In this document: piece by piece, positions 1 to 9,256 of the stretch | Layout: the number at the start of each line of letters is the position of its first letter | Numbering within the stretch: the first letter of the stretch is position 1 | Made by a program: the position numbers and the translations under genes | Source: Ignisphaera sp. | GTDB lineage: Archaea > Thermoproteota > Thermoprotei_A > Sulfolobales > Ignisphaeraceae | Length of the DNA: 64,000 nucleotides | Direction: 5' to 3' | NCBI GenBank assembly: GCA_038821645.1 | Contig: JAWBDT010000009.1 | Coordinates: 1 to 64,000, forward strand | Notes under the pieces: model-generated | The model's database searches: none | What the model was told of the DNA's origin: nothing | The model's input: the letters and a program-made list of their open reading frames with translations, nothing else

Positions 1-10
1 CTAGCTTCTT

Positions 11-173
11 GAAACTCCCAAAAGGGAGTAGAAAGTGAGACCCCTCGAGGTCTGTAGTGGTGATACTCGAGTATCAGAAACTCCCAAAAGGGAGTAGAAA
101 GGTAACAATAAAGCTGTCTGATATTATTGGATTATCGAGAATACCTGTGAAACTCCCGAAAGGGAGTAGAAAG
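11..173 (+). CRISPR. CRISPR array, trailer end (probably continues upstream of the window)
   Basis: 25-bp repeat GAAACTCCCAAAAGGGAGTAGAAAG at 11-35 and 77-101; variant GAAACTCCCGAAAGGGAGTAGAAAG at 149-173; unique spacers of 41 bp (36-76) and 47 bp (102-148); internal hairpin ACTCCC/GGGAGT; 3' GAAAG gives the orientation; degenerate last repeat. Confidence 0.95.
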
Positions 174-192
174 CTCTAGTGGCTCTATCTTG

Positions 193-1002
193 CTACACCA
201 GCTCTACTTCTTCTACCGATTCTATAGCTCTTTGTCTCTTCTTTTTATAGCTCTTTACATCTGCGCTATGCTTCAATACTTCTACAAATGTTGCTACTGA
301 AGCTAAAAGACCTAGCATCCCTATAGCTCTAAACTCTTTCTCAAACATATCTATAGCTCTGTATTCTTCTAGTTTCTGAAGCACTATATGGGGTATCCGG
401 AACCCTGCTATCTCTATGCGAAGTAGCCATAGGTAAGCTATAGTTGCTATAGCTATAGCGAGTAGCTGTAGAATTTTCACCATCCTTCTATAGGGAGGTA
501 TATCTCCTAGACACATGATTAGTACTGGAACCAATATCACTAGAGTTAGTGTTGTTAGTGGCTCCATGTTAGGAACCTTATGTAGATTATATATCTCCCA
601 AACTATTGTAGCTAGCTCACGAGTAGCTACTGGAGCACCAACTATGATTGGAAGAATCTTCGGTATACCCCAGAACCTACTGTATCCATAGACCTTTGGG
701 TGATATGTGACAGATACCATTAGATAGAAAAACATTATAGCATATATCACGATACCGCCAAAAACCATTAAGACAATTGCTGGATAGATAGCATAGATAG
801 ATGCTACAAGACCTAAACCAACCATGTAGACCTCTAGACGAGGCTCTAATGCAGCAATAATTGAGAGTAGCACATAGAGTCCTAGAAAACCTAGAGAATA
901 GAGCGTATATACGATACTTTCCCAGAGGTACTGATCTTCACCAGTAAAATAGTTGGTAAGAGCAGCTAAACCATAGAGTATAGCTGAAAAGAGAGATATC
1001 AT
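193..1002 (-). CDS. Hypothetical polytopic membrane protein, converging on the CRISPR array
   Basis: 269-aa ORF with ~7 hydrophobic segments and a basic/acidic C-tail; frame stays open upstream to 1077, so the start is uncertain. Confidence 0.75.
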   Translation of the reverse strand: MISLFSAILYGLAALTNYFTGEDQYLWESIVYTLYSLGFLGLYVLLSIIAALEPRLEVYMVGLGLVASIYAIYPAIVLMVFGGIVIYAIMFFYLMVSVTYHPKVYGYSRFWGIPKILPIIVGAPVATRELATIVWEIYNLHKVPNMEPLTTLTLVILVPVLIMCLGDIPPYRRMVKILQLLAIAIATIAYLWLLRIEIAGFRIPHIVLQKLEEYRAIDMFEKEFRAIGMLGLLASVATFVEVLKHSADVKSYKKKRQRAIESVEEVELV

Positions 1003-1381
1003 AGGTGGTGCATAGACATAGAGCTTAGGCTTCTCAAAAATTCGACAAAACTCTACACCAAGTCTATCTCGATAGATCTAGGCTAAAAAATCTATCGCTA
1101 TAGAGATACAATGGTGTATCTCTATCCCTATGATAATGATGGTGGTGTATCTAGTCAATAGATCTACTTCAAATAGAGCTTGAGGCACTTAGTTCTAGAA
1201 CCCTGGTTTACTGGATCTCGATAGGAGATTCTGGATAATCAATTACACTCTATACAGCATGGATACTGTACATCAATCTCTATCCAAAGACGCTTAGCTA
1301 TATCGTTATGCTAGATTAGAGTTAGGTGTAGCATAAATGCTTTAGATATCGCTATCATCTGGTGCAATATTTATTGAGTAA

Positions 1382-1888
1382 TCACCATGGATTGCCAAAG
1401 ATGTTTAGAGATACTATCTCTTTCAGCGGTTTTCGAGGTCTTGGTGATGGTGATTCTGAAGCTATACCTATTGTTATTAACGCTACAACTCTGTATCTAT
1501 CCGGTATATTCAGAATCTTCTTAACTTCAGCTTCATCAAATGCACCAATCCAGCATGTTCCATAGCCTAGTTCTGTAGCTTCTAGAACTATATGCTCTAG
1601 AGCAATAGTTGTATCTACTATAGCCCATTTAGGTGATTTCTCTACATCAGCAAGACCAACTACTACACAAGATGCATCCTTTATGAAGCTCTGATTCCTA
1701 CACACAGGTACAAGCTTCTCCTTGATCTGTTCATCAACAACAACTATGAAATGCCATGGCTGTCTATTTCCAGCACTTGGAGCCCATCTAGCAGCCTCAA
1801 GTATCTTCTCTAGATCTTCTCTCCTAATAGACTCATGTTTATATACCCTAATGCTACGTCTCGAGAGTATAGCTTCATATACATCCAT
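1382..1888 (-). CDS. Nitroreductase family flavoprotein
   Basis: RRSIR, APSAGNRQPWHF and GYGTCWIGAF motifs; ATG 1888 is 6 nt after a GGTG SD. Confidence 0.92.
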   Translation of the reverse strand: MDVYEAILSRRSIRVYKHESIRREDLEKILEAARWAPSAGNRQPWHFIVVVDEQIKEKLVPVCRNQSFIKDASCVVVGLADVEKSPKWAIVDTTIALEHIVLEATELGYGTCWIGAFDEAEVKKILNIPDRYRVVALITIGIASESPSPRPRKPLKEIVSLNIFGNPW

Positions 1889-1969
1889 AGACATCACCAA
1901 CAAGTATAGAAACAACAGAACATAAAAAATCTATAGCTATATCTACACACAAAGAAAGATACATCAATC

Positions 1970-2875
1970 CTAGACCAAGCTCTTCAGTATCTTTGACTCA
2001 AGCTTATCAGCTATATCGATTTCATTTGGCTCTAGCTCTCCCACCTCTATAACACTCCACAACTCTGTATGTGTATTCACTTCACCTGGAGCTACTTTCT
2101 TCAAAGGCCCTAGAGTCTCTAGCTCTAGAAACAAGTTGTTTGTATAGATCTCTACAGATACATTGAAATCTGGATAAACAGTATCTACATATCTAAACAT
2201 CTTGATAAACACATATCCATCAACATAATAAGCTACCCAAGGAGGATTAGCTCTTACACCAATCTTAAGAGGCTTCTCTATAGAGGGATCCTGTACAACA
2301 ACTATATAGCTATCTGTGAAAATAAGCCTCTTATCCGAAAGCCGTGTATATGGCCATAGAGCTACAACTCTATCAGGTAGAAGACTCTCTCTATAGAAAG
2401 GCTTTATAGGCACAATAGCAAATCCACCTCTCTTCATAACAGATAGAGCCCAACAAGAAAACTCTATAGACCATCTACCGATATTAGTCACCCTATGAAC
2501 AACTTCAACAAAACCACTATTCCCCAAAGGCTTAAACACTATACTCTTCAACACATTATTCAGAAGCTCTGGATTACCAATCACCTCTACAACATCATCT
2601 CTAACCTCGATAGAGACAGGTCTATCATCTATAGAGTATGTTCTAGGCATAGACTCTGGAGCAATCCAGAGCCTATGTCCACCATATATCCTCCAGAAAC
2701 CATCAACAGTCTCTACACCAAAATCAGGCAATACACTAAACAGATTAAGGTTAGGTCTATCTCTAGGAGCTAGATAAAGTACTCTAGGACCAAAATCCTC
2801 AGCAACACCTATAGCCATACCACCCATATAAAACACTCTAACCCTAAAACCATCAACATTCATCTCCATACCCAT
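1970..2875 (-). CDS. Conserved hypothetical protein, DUF4380/galactose-mutarotase-like
   Basis: GGHRLWxAPE, YPD and FLELETLGPL motifs; SD AGGTGG upstream. Confidence 0.7.
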   Translation of the reverse strand: MGMEMNVDGFRVRVFYMGGMAIGVAEDFGPRVLYLAPRDRPNLNLFSVLPDFGVETVDGFWRIYGGHRLWIAPESMPRTYSIDDRPVSIEVRDDVVEVIGNPELLNNVLKSIVFKPLGNSGFVEVVHRVTNIGRWSIEFSCWALSVMKRGGFAIVPIKPFYRESLLPDRVVALWPYTRLSDKRLIFTDSYIVVVQDPSIEKPLKIGVRANPPWVAYYVDGYVFIKMFRYVDTVYPDFNVSVEIYTNNLFLELETLGPLKKVAPGEVNTHTELWSVIEVGELEPNEIDIADKLESKILKSLV

Positions 2876-2945
2876 TGAACCACCTATAGATAGAAGTTAC
2901 TACTCAATACTTAAAAAACTTGATCAATTCAGCAAAATACTCTAG

Positions 2946-3761
2946 TCATCTCTTCACAAAACGCTTAGAGAGAAGCAGTAGAGAAGCTATAGATACAACA
3001 ATGAGTATAGATACAATAGCTAGAGTTTCCCCAGAACCTGCTACCGTATATGTTGTTGTGACTGTTTTTGTTAGTATTGATTGTGAGACTACTGTATATG
3101 TTGTATAGATTGTGGTAGTTTCTCTACTGACTACAGTAGATACAACTGTTGCTATATCTCTTGATGTTAATGTTTTTGTTACAGTATCTCTCACAGTCTT
3201 CACATCTATTACCGTAGTTGTAACAGAAGTTGTGATAGGTATTGTGGATATTACTGTAGTTGTTACCTTATGTGTAATAGTTTCGGTAACAATCTTCTCT
3301 ATGCAGGGATCATGCGGTAGATATACATAGAGAGACCATGTATATGGATTAAACTGGTTTCTGTAATCATCAATAGATGCATAGCCATTTTCTACAAGCC
3401 ATTTATTTACATTAATTAGATGAGTCTCGTTATACCTTAGATAAACAACTGCTACAATCCTATTGTATCTATCCATAACATAGACATTATCTACATCTAG
3501 ATACGCTCTATACCCATATCTATGAACTAGATTTATTAGAGCCTCTCTAGCCCTCTCTCCTTCTAGTGTACCTCGTTCAGGTGCATCTATATCAGCTAAC
3601 CTAACTCTACCTACAGGAAAAGCATCAAGTGTATCTCCATCAACTATACGATAAATATCGACACATACATCAATCTCTATATCTTGTCCCTCTAGATAAA
3701 TTGTATAATGGATAGCCATAGATATGAATATAAAGAGAAACACCAACAAGATATATCTAAT
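2946..3761 (-). CDS. Membrane-anchored thermonuclease (SNase family) with Thr-rich stalk
   Basis: DGDT, VRLADIDAPE and DRYNR motifs; N-terminal signal, Thr/Val-rich linker, C-terminal TM plus KRFVKR; start is either TTG 3749 or ATT 3761 (7 nt after GAGGTG). Confidence 0.88.
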   Translation of the reverse strand: MRYILLVFLFIFISMAIHYTIYLEGQDIEIDVCVDIYRIVDGDTLDAFPVGRVRLADIDAPERGTLEGERAREALINLVHRYGYRAYLDVDNVYVMDRYNRIVAVVYLRYNETHLINVNKWLVENGYASIDDYRNQFNPYTWSLYVYLPHDPCIEKIVTETITHKVTTTVISTIPITTSVTTTVIDVKTVRDTVTKTLTSRDIATVVSTVVSRETTTIYTTYTVVSQSILTKTVTTTYTVAGSGETLAIVSILIVVSIASLLLLSKRFVKR

Positions 3762-4016
3762 ATCTCTACACCTCTAGCTTCAAAAATATGGTTGAAGATA
3801 TAAAATGTTTATGTTTATAGCAAACGCTTTAGCTCTTGGTTATAGAGCCAGGTTCTCTATATAGATGAATCAGTTTAAACTGTTTTTACATATTTAAAGA
3901 AGTATATATAGAGGTATGTATATAGGATCAATAGATATAGTGTTAAAGAGTTTAACAAATATTTAAAGAACATGTTTATATTGTTAAAGCTATTGTTCAA
4001 CAGATGGTGGTAATCT

Positions 4017-4481
4017 ATGATCCGTATAGCTGTTGTAGCCACTATGTTTGGAAGCATAGTAGACCACATGATCAAAGCTGTTGAAGAAAAAGCACAAAAG
4101 TATGGAGCTAATATTGTTGATGTGTATAGAGTTCCAGGTCTTCTCGAAACACCTCTAGTAGTTAAGAAAGTTCTAGAGAAAGACTATGTAGATGGTGTTA
4201 TAGTTCTTGGAGCAATATATAAAGAAACATCGCTAGAAGAATTCCTTTTTAATCAAGTTGTTAACAAGCTCTTGGATCTATCTCTAGAATATGGAAAACC
4301 TATAGGCTTCGGTATCTCTGGCCCTGGTATCTATTGGAGCAATAGACTTGTTGAAGAAGGTGGTAAAGAGATTACAGAACTAGCCTTAAGTGCTGTTAAA
4401 AAGGTTGTAGATATACTGAGATCTATAGATAATAGATATAGAGATAGCGAAAAACACTCTCTAGATATAGCCACACATTGA
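4017..4481 (+). CDS. ribH: Lumazine synthase (RibH)-like protein, divergent active site
   Basis: VPGxxExP, DGVIVLGA and LSLEYGKPIGFGISGPG match archaeal RibH; GETxH is replaced by KETSL. Confidence 0.7.
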   Translation: MIRIAVVATMFGSIVDHMIKAVEEKAQKYGANIVDVYRVPGLLETPLVVKKVLEKDYVDGVIVLGAIYKETSLEEFLFNQVVNKLLDLSLEYGKPIGFGISGPGIYWSNRLVEEGGKEITELALSAVKKVVDILRSIDNRYRDSEKHSLDIATH

Positions 4482-4951
4482 TAAGCATCTACATGATCTA
4501 GAGACACATCATTTTTCAATACACATCTCTATATACTCAATCCACAAACCTACTCCCTATAATCCACATCTCTATAATACTCTATATCTATGTATATCAA
4601 GAAACATACTACACATATACCATTAATACAAGAAATGGAGAATACATAAAGATGTTCAGTCTCTACCTAGATAAACATATATGTTCTCAATATCTTTAGC
4701 CACATCTATTGATATATAGGAGATCTCTATATATTGACTACTGATGTTCTGTTATGAGAATAGATATACTGATACATAATCAATAGTTAAGCACTATAGT
4801 GATGTTCTTATATCTAAATATAGATCTAGTAGCACTATCATATAGATCTACTAATATCAGATCTATTAATTTCTAGTTCAGTAGCTATGGATAGATCAAT
4901 AAGGTTAGATTTTTATGCTTTCTCTCTGATGGATCTATAGGTGCACTATAT

Positions 4952-6325
4952 ATGGATATAAGTGCACCTATCTTTGACTCCGAGAAACTAAAGACCTGTA
5001 GACTACTTAGAAAAAGAGTTAGAGTTAAGTTCTATAGAATCCATGATACATATAGTCATTGGAATCTTGTTGAGAAAAACATCAATACCAGGGACATCGG
5101 CATATATATACACATACCTTTCTGTAGATCTATATGTATGTTTTGTCCATATTTTAAGGATGTGTTGAAGAATGAGCAAGAGCTTGAGAAGTACTTTAGC
5201 TTTTTGTTGAAAGAGATCAAGATGTATGGTAAACAATTAAAAGAGAGTGATCTTAATGTTACAGATATACATGTTGGTGGTGGAACTCCTAGTCTTGTTC
5301 CACCGAAGCTATATAGAGAACTCATCGATACGTTAGCACAATTCTTTAACATTAAGTGTAGCATAGGTATAGAGGTTAATCCTGAAGATTTTAAGAATCG
5401 TGAATATGTAGAGAATCTCTATTCAGCTAATGTTGATGAAGTTAGTATAGGTGTTCAAAGCTTTGACAAAAGGATACTAATGTCTATTGGTAGAAAGCAT
5501 TCTCCAGAAGATAACATAAAGGCTATTGAGAATAGCCTTAAAGCTGGTTTCAAATGGATTAACATAGACTTGATGATCCTTACCCCTAATATTAAAGACT
5601 ATATCGAGATTCCTCTAGAAGAGAAGCTAAAGATATTTAGAGAAGATATGGAGAAATGCTATACACTAGGTGTTCATCAAATAACGTTCTATCCAACAAT
5701 AATACCAAGAAGCTCTCCAGGATATAGATTAGTAGGATACAATAAACTGAGTCAAGAGCTAGATTCAATTGATCTGTTTATTGATGAAGCTATAGACTTT
5801 GCTGAATCAAATAATCTATACTTCATCAGGGTATACTCTATCTCTAGACAACGCTATGAATATGCCACAATGAACTCGCTATGGATAGGACCTTTACTAG
5901 GGTTTGGTCCAGGTTCATGGAGTACTGTATCTCTATATCAATACATAAACATACACAATCTGCTGAAATACATTAATCTAGTGGAAAGAGATATACCTCC
6001 AGCTATATACTCAAGAAACATAAATCCATCAGCAAGGATATGGAGATTATTCTTTGACCAACTAAGTAGTTGCGAAATATCTGATAAAGCATTTAGATTA
6101 ATAGGCTTGAATAAAATACCTCTCAGAATAAAGCTTCTGCTAAAGATTATGGAGATAAATGGTCTGGTTAAGAGAAATGGAGATATCTATAGACTATCTA
6201 GACGAGGTATTAAAGAAGTATATAAATCCGTTATGAACTATGTAACTAAACCAGTTAGACTAGCAGAAGCAATTACAGAGATATCTAGGTATGAGGATTA
6301 CCCAAAGATAGTTGAAATAGTATAG
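4952..6325 (+). CDS. Radical SAM protein, HemN/HemW-like family
   Basis: YIHIPFCRSICMFCPY (CxxxCxxC), GGGTPS, EVNP, SIGVQSF, NIDLM. Confidence 0.88.
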   Translation: MDISAPIFDSEKLKTCRLLRKRVRVKFYRIHDTYSHWNLVEKNINTRDIGIYIHIPFCRSICMFCPYFKDVLKNEQELEKYFSFLLKEIKMYGKQLKESDLNVTDIHVGGGTPSLVPPKLYRELIDTLAQFFNIKCSIGIEVNPEDFKNREYVENLYSANVDEVSIGVQSFDKRILMSIGRKHSPEDNIKAIENSLKAGFKWINIDLMILTPNIKDYIEIPLEEKLKIFREDMEKCYTLGVHQITFYPTIIPRSSPGYRLVGYNKLSQELDSIDLFIDEAIDFAESNNLYFIRVYSISRQRYEYATMNSLWIGPLLGFGPGSWSTVSLYQYINIHNLLKYINLVERDIPPAIYSRNINPSARIWRLFFDQLSSCEISDKAFRLIGLNKIPLRIKLLLKIMEINGLVKRNGDIYRLSRRGIKEVYKSVMNYVTKPVRLAEAITEISRYEDYPKIVEIV

Positions 6326-6463
6326 TTCTTGTATTCTACTACACAATGTATGTAGATAATGTACTAAGTAAGTTACTAGATACTGTACAATTTATTCTCT
6401 AAATAGAATCGTGTGATAAAATACATATATAGTCTCTATACAAACCATATATAGGGAATAAGG

Positions 6464-7024
6464 ATGAGTAACGTACTTAGTAAAGAAGAGAAAATAAAGA
6501 TACTCAAGGCTATTGAAGAAGATATAGAGTTTAGATACGCTATAGCTGGTGCATTAGGGATACTAGATATCCTCAGAAGACTAGATGCAATAGAAAAAAG
6601 ACTAGAAGAACATAGCAAAAGACTAGAAGAACTAACAAATGTTGTTACTATGCTTGTTAAAAAGACATCTGATCTTGAGCAGACTATTGGTGGTTTAACT
6701 GAAGCCTCTATTGCTAGATATGTTTATGAAGATCTTGCTAAAGAACTTTATCATAAAGGTGAACATATACTCAAGAGAGTTAGGAATGCTAGACTTGATG
6801 ATGTTGATATAGATCTTCTCATAGAGACAAATAGATCTGTATATGTTGTTGAGGTTAAGGTTAAGCCTAGACATGGAGATATAGGTATCCTCTTAAGTAA
6901 AATAGATTTAGTTAAAAAACACTATATAGAGAAAGAAGTTATAGGTATTCTAGCAGGAGTATGGATAGGTAAGGAAGTAGAGAATTATGCAAAAGAAAAA
7001 GGAATAATGGTCTACATCTACTAG
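6464..7024 (+). CDS. Coiled-coil plus PD-(D/E)XK nuclease-like protein (archaeal DUF3782-like)
   Basis: EEDIEFRYAIAG N-terminus, heptad repeats RLEEHSK, C-terminal DIDLLIE...VVEVK. Confidence 0.75.
   Translation: MSNVLSKEEKIKILKAIEEDIEFRYAIAGALGILDILRRLDAIEKRLEEHSKRLEELTNVVTMLVKKTSDLEQTIGGLTEASIARYVYEDLAKELYHKGEHILKRVRNARLDDVDIDLLIETNRSVYVVEVKVKPRHGDIGILLSKIDLVKKHYIEKEVIGILAGVWIGKEVENYAKEKGIMVYIY
6575..6632 (+). repeat. 21-bp period in-frame tandem repeat encoding coiled-coil heptads
   Basis: AAAAGACTAGAAGAAC at 6596-6611 and 6617-6632; degenerate copy at 6575. Confidence 0.7.
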
Positions 7025-7332
7025 AACCATTAACAGAAAAACCCTCTAGATAAAGTAGAGAATCTAAAGATGTGTAGGGTATTCATAAGCTCTCAAATAT
7101 AGATATAGATTCTAAAATTGAGTACAAAGACTATGGGATTTAGCTAATGAGCTAAGTTTCTCGGAATAATTTCTCGATGTATATAGATCTTCTATTATTA
7201 GCTGAATGCCGCAATAGCATTGGGTATGATTAGTTGGTTTGGTCTAAACGTAGTGTTTATTGTTTTTGGTTTGTATATATAATGAATGTTTATATATCTA
7301 GTGCATGGATGTTTTAAGTAGAGGTCTGGTTT

Positions 7333-7962
7333 ATGGAGAGCGAATCTCGAGATAATTTAAGTAGTAAAGAGATTGCTAGAAATGCTTCTATAGCTATCGC
7401 TAGCACAATAATGTTTATTGTGCTTTATGTTGTGGTTTCAGCTCTAGTGAAGTTTGTTGTTAGTGATCTTCTATTGACTAGACTCAATATCGATATAACT
7501 GGTTACGAGATTTATATCCAGCTCCTATTAGCATTAATGTTTGGTTACCTCATAGTTAATAGTGTAGCCTGGTTTTTCTACTGGTCTACAAGACCTAGAT
7601 ACGGTCATTCAACAGCTGTTGCTGTTAGAAATGTTGTTAGAATTATTGGTGTAGGAGCTATGGTTGCAGCTATAGCTGGTGGTGTTGCTGGAGGAGTTGC
7701 TGGTGTTGCTCTAGGTGGCTTCTTGGGCATGGTTATTGGATTTGCATCACAGCAAGTACTAGGACAAGCAGTAGCAGGTCTATTTGTACTTATCTCGAGA
7801 CCCTTTAGGATAGGCGATGAAGTTATTGTAGCTGGTGAAGAAGGTGTTGTAGATGATGTATCAACAATGTTTACAGTAGTCAAGAAATCAGATGGAACAA
7901 GAGTACTGATACCCAATACCACGATCATCGGTGGAAAGATATATATAAAGTCAAAGAAATAG
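7333..7962 (+). CDS. mscS: Small-conductance mechanosensitive channel family protein
   Basis: GFASQQVLGQAVAG, RPFRIGD and LIPN motifs. Confidence 0.88.
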   Translation: MESESRDNLSSKEIARNASIAIASTIMFIVLYVVVSALVKFVVSDLLLTRLNIDITGYEIYIQLLLALMFGYLIVNSVAWFFYWSTRPRYGHSTAVAVRNVVRIIGVGAMVAAIAGGVAGGVAGVALGGFLGMVIGFASQQVLGQAVAGLFVLISRPFRIGDEVIVAGEEGVVDDVSTMFTVVKKSDGTRVLIPNTTIIGGKIYIKSKK

Positions 7963-8360
7963 ATACAAACATTACAACATAAAACAGTATACAGAGAACC
8001 AAAGAACTCCATACACATTATTGTTCCTACATACTCCAGAAATTCTCTAAATCTTGTCCTAGATATCTTGATAGGTACATACATAGCCATGTAATTCGTT
8101 ATCTATCCTAAAGCTTTATGAATAGATCTACATTTGCTAAATAGTTTAACTCACTATGTTATTATGTATCTCTGTTGATCTGGATAACTGTTTCTTTAGT
8201 CAATATACTATTCAATAAATACCTCTGCATATGTTTAACTATGGTAGGAAGTCTATTTCCTAGTTATTCTATGTTCTAGAAAATGAGTCTATACAGTATT
8301 TTCAACGCTATATAATCATTTCTGCTCATTGAGTAAGCAAAATATTGTTTGCGATTAACG

Positions 8361-9182
8361 TTACTTTACCTCAACTAGTATTGATTTAAGTTCTGTACCG
8401 TATCTTTCTCTAAATTTCTTGTGTAGAAGCTGGATAGCATTATCTACAGCTGCTTCTGCTTCATTTCTATCTCTATGTGAATACATCACGTATACCTCAA
8501 GAATCTGCTTCCCTACTTCATCTCCTTTGGGATGGGTCTTTATGTATAGATTTGGAAACTCTTTAAGAACATCTTTAACTATTGGTGCAAATGTTGCTTC
8601 AGGTACATCCTCGATTACAAATAACCTCTCTACTATATGTATTGGTGGCCCTATAGCTCTTAATCTAGGTTCAACCCATGAACTCCACATAGCCTCCATT
8701 TCCTTAGGCACACCTGGCAAAGATATTATTATCGTTTCTCCTACTTCAAGCCAAGAACCAGGAGCTGTACCAATGGGATTGGGTATCGGGATAGCGCCTT
8801 CGGGTAGATAGGCCATCTTTATCCTCTCGTTCGTTAGCTCTATACCACGTAGACTGTATCTAGCTTTAATCATTTCTAGTGCTTCTTGATTGATAACTAA
8901 TCTCTTGTTTACAGCTTTTGATATAGCTTCAAGTGTTCTATCATCATATGTTGGCCCCAAACCACCTGTTGATACTATAACTCTTGGCTTCTCCTTCAGC
9001 ACCAATGATATGTATCTAGCTATAACATCTACATCATCTATTAACGATAATACACCTACAACACGAAAACCTAGAAGAGTTAATCTTCTGCCAATGAAAC
9101 TCGCATTAGTGTTTATAACTCTTCCTTGCACAATCTCGTTGCCAAGCGTAAAGATCCATGCATCTAGCTCTATATCCATCAC
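8361..9182 (-). CDS. cinA: CinA-like molybdopterin-binding domain protein
   Basis: GNEIVQGRVINTNA, TGGLGPTYDDRT, NPIGTAPG, LPGVPKEM. Confidence 0.88.
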   Translation of the reverse strand: MMDIELDAWIFTLGNEIVQGRVINTNASFIGRRLTLLGFRVVGVLSLIDDVDVIARYISLVLKEKPRVIVSTGGLGPTYDDRTLEAISKAVNKRLVINQEALEMIKARYSLRGIELTNERIKMAYLPEGAIPIPNPIGTAPGSWLEVGETIIISLPGVPKEMEAMWSSWVEPRLRAIGPPIHIVERLFVIEDVPEATFAPIVKDVLKEFPNLYIKTHPKGDEVGKQILEVYVMYSHRDRNEAEAAVDNAIQLLHKKFRERYGTELKSILVEVK

Positions 9183-9256
9183 CTCAAAACTATTGATACT
9201 GTTATCTACCTCTAACTTATATACCTAAGACAATTAATCAGCATTGGTGCAACTAC

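Noticed and set aside
36-148. Self-targeting by the CRISPR spacers within this window
   Set aside because: No match noticed by eye; an alignment is needed to exclude it formally
3020-3290. Thr/Val-rich low-complexity stretch as a repeat element or array
   Set aside because: No exact nucleotide unit; ordinary stalk of a surface protein
7605-8090. Antisense ORFs such as this 161-aa one, and the many others overlapping real genes
   Set aside because: They lie opposite well-supported genes and have the Ser/Ile/Thr-rich composition of shadow frames
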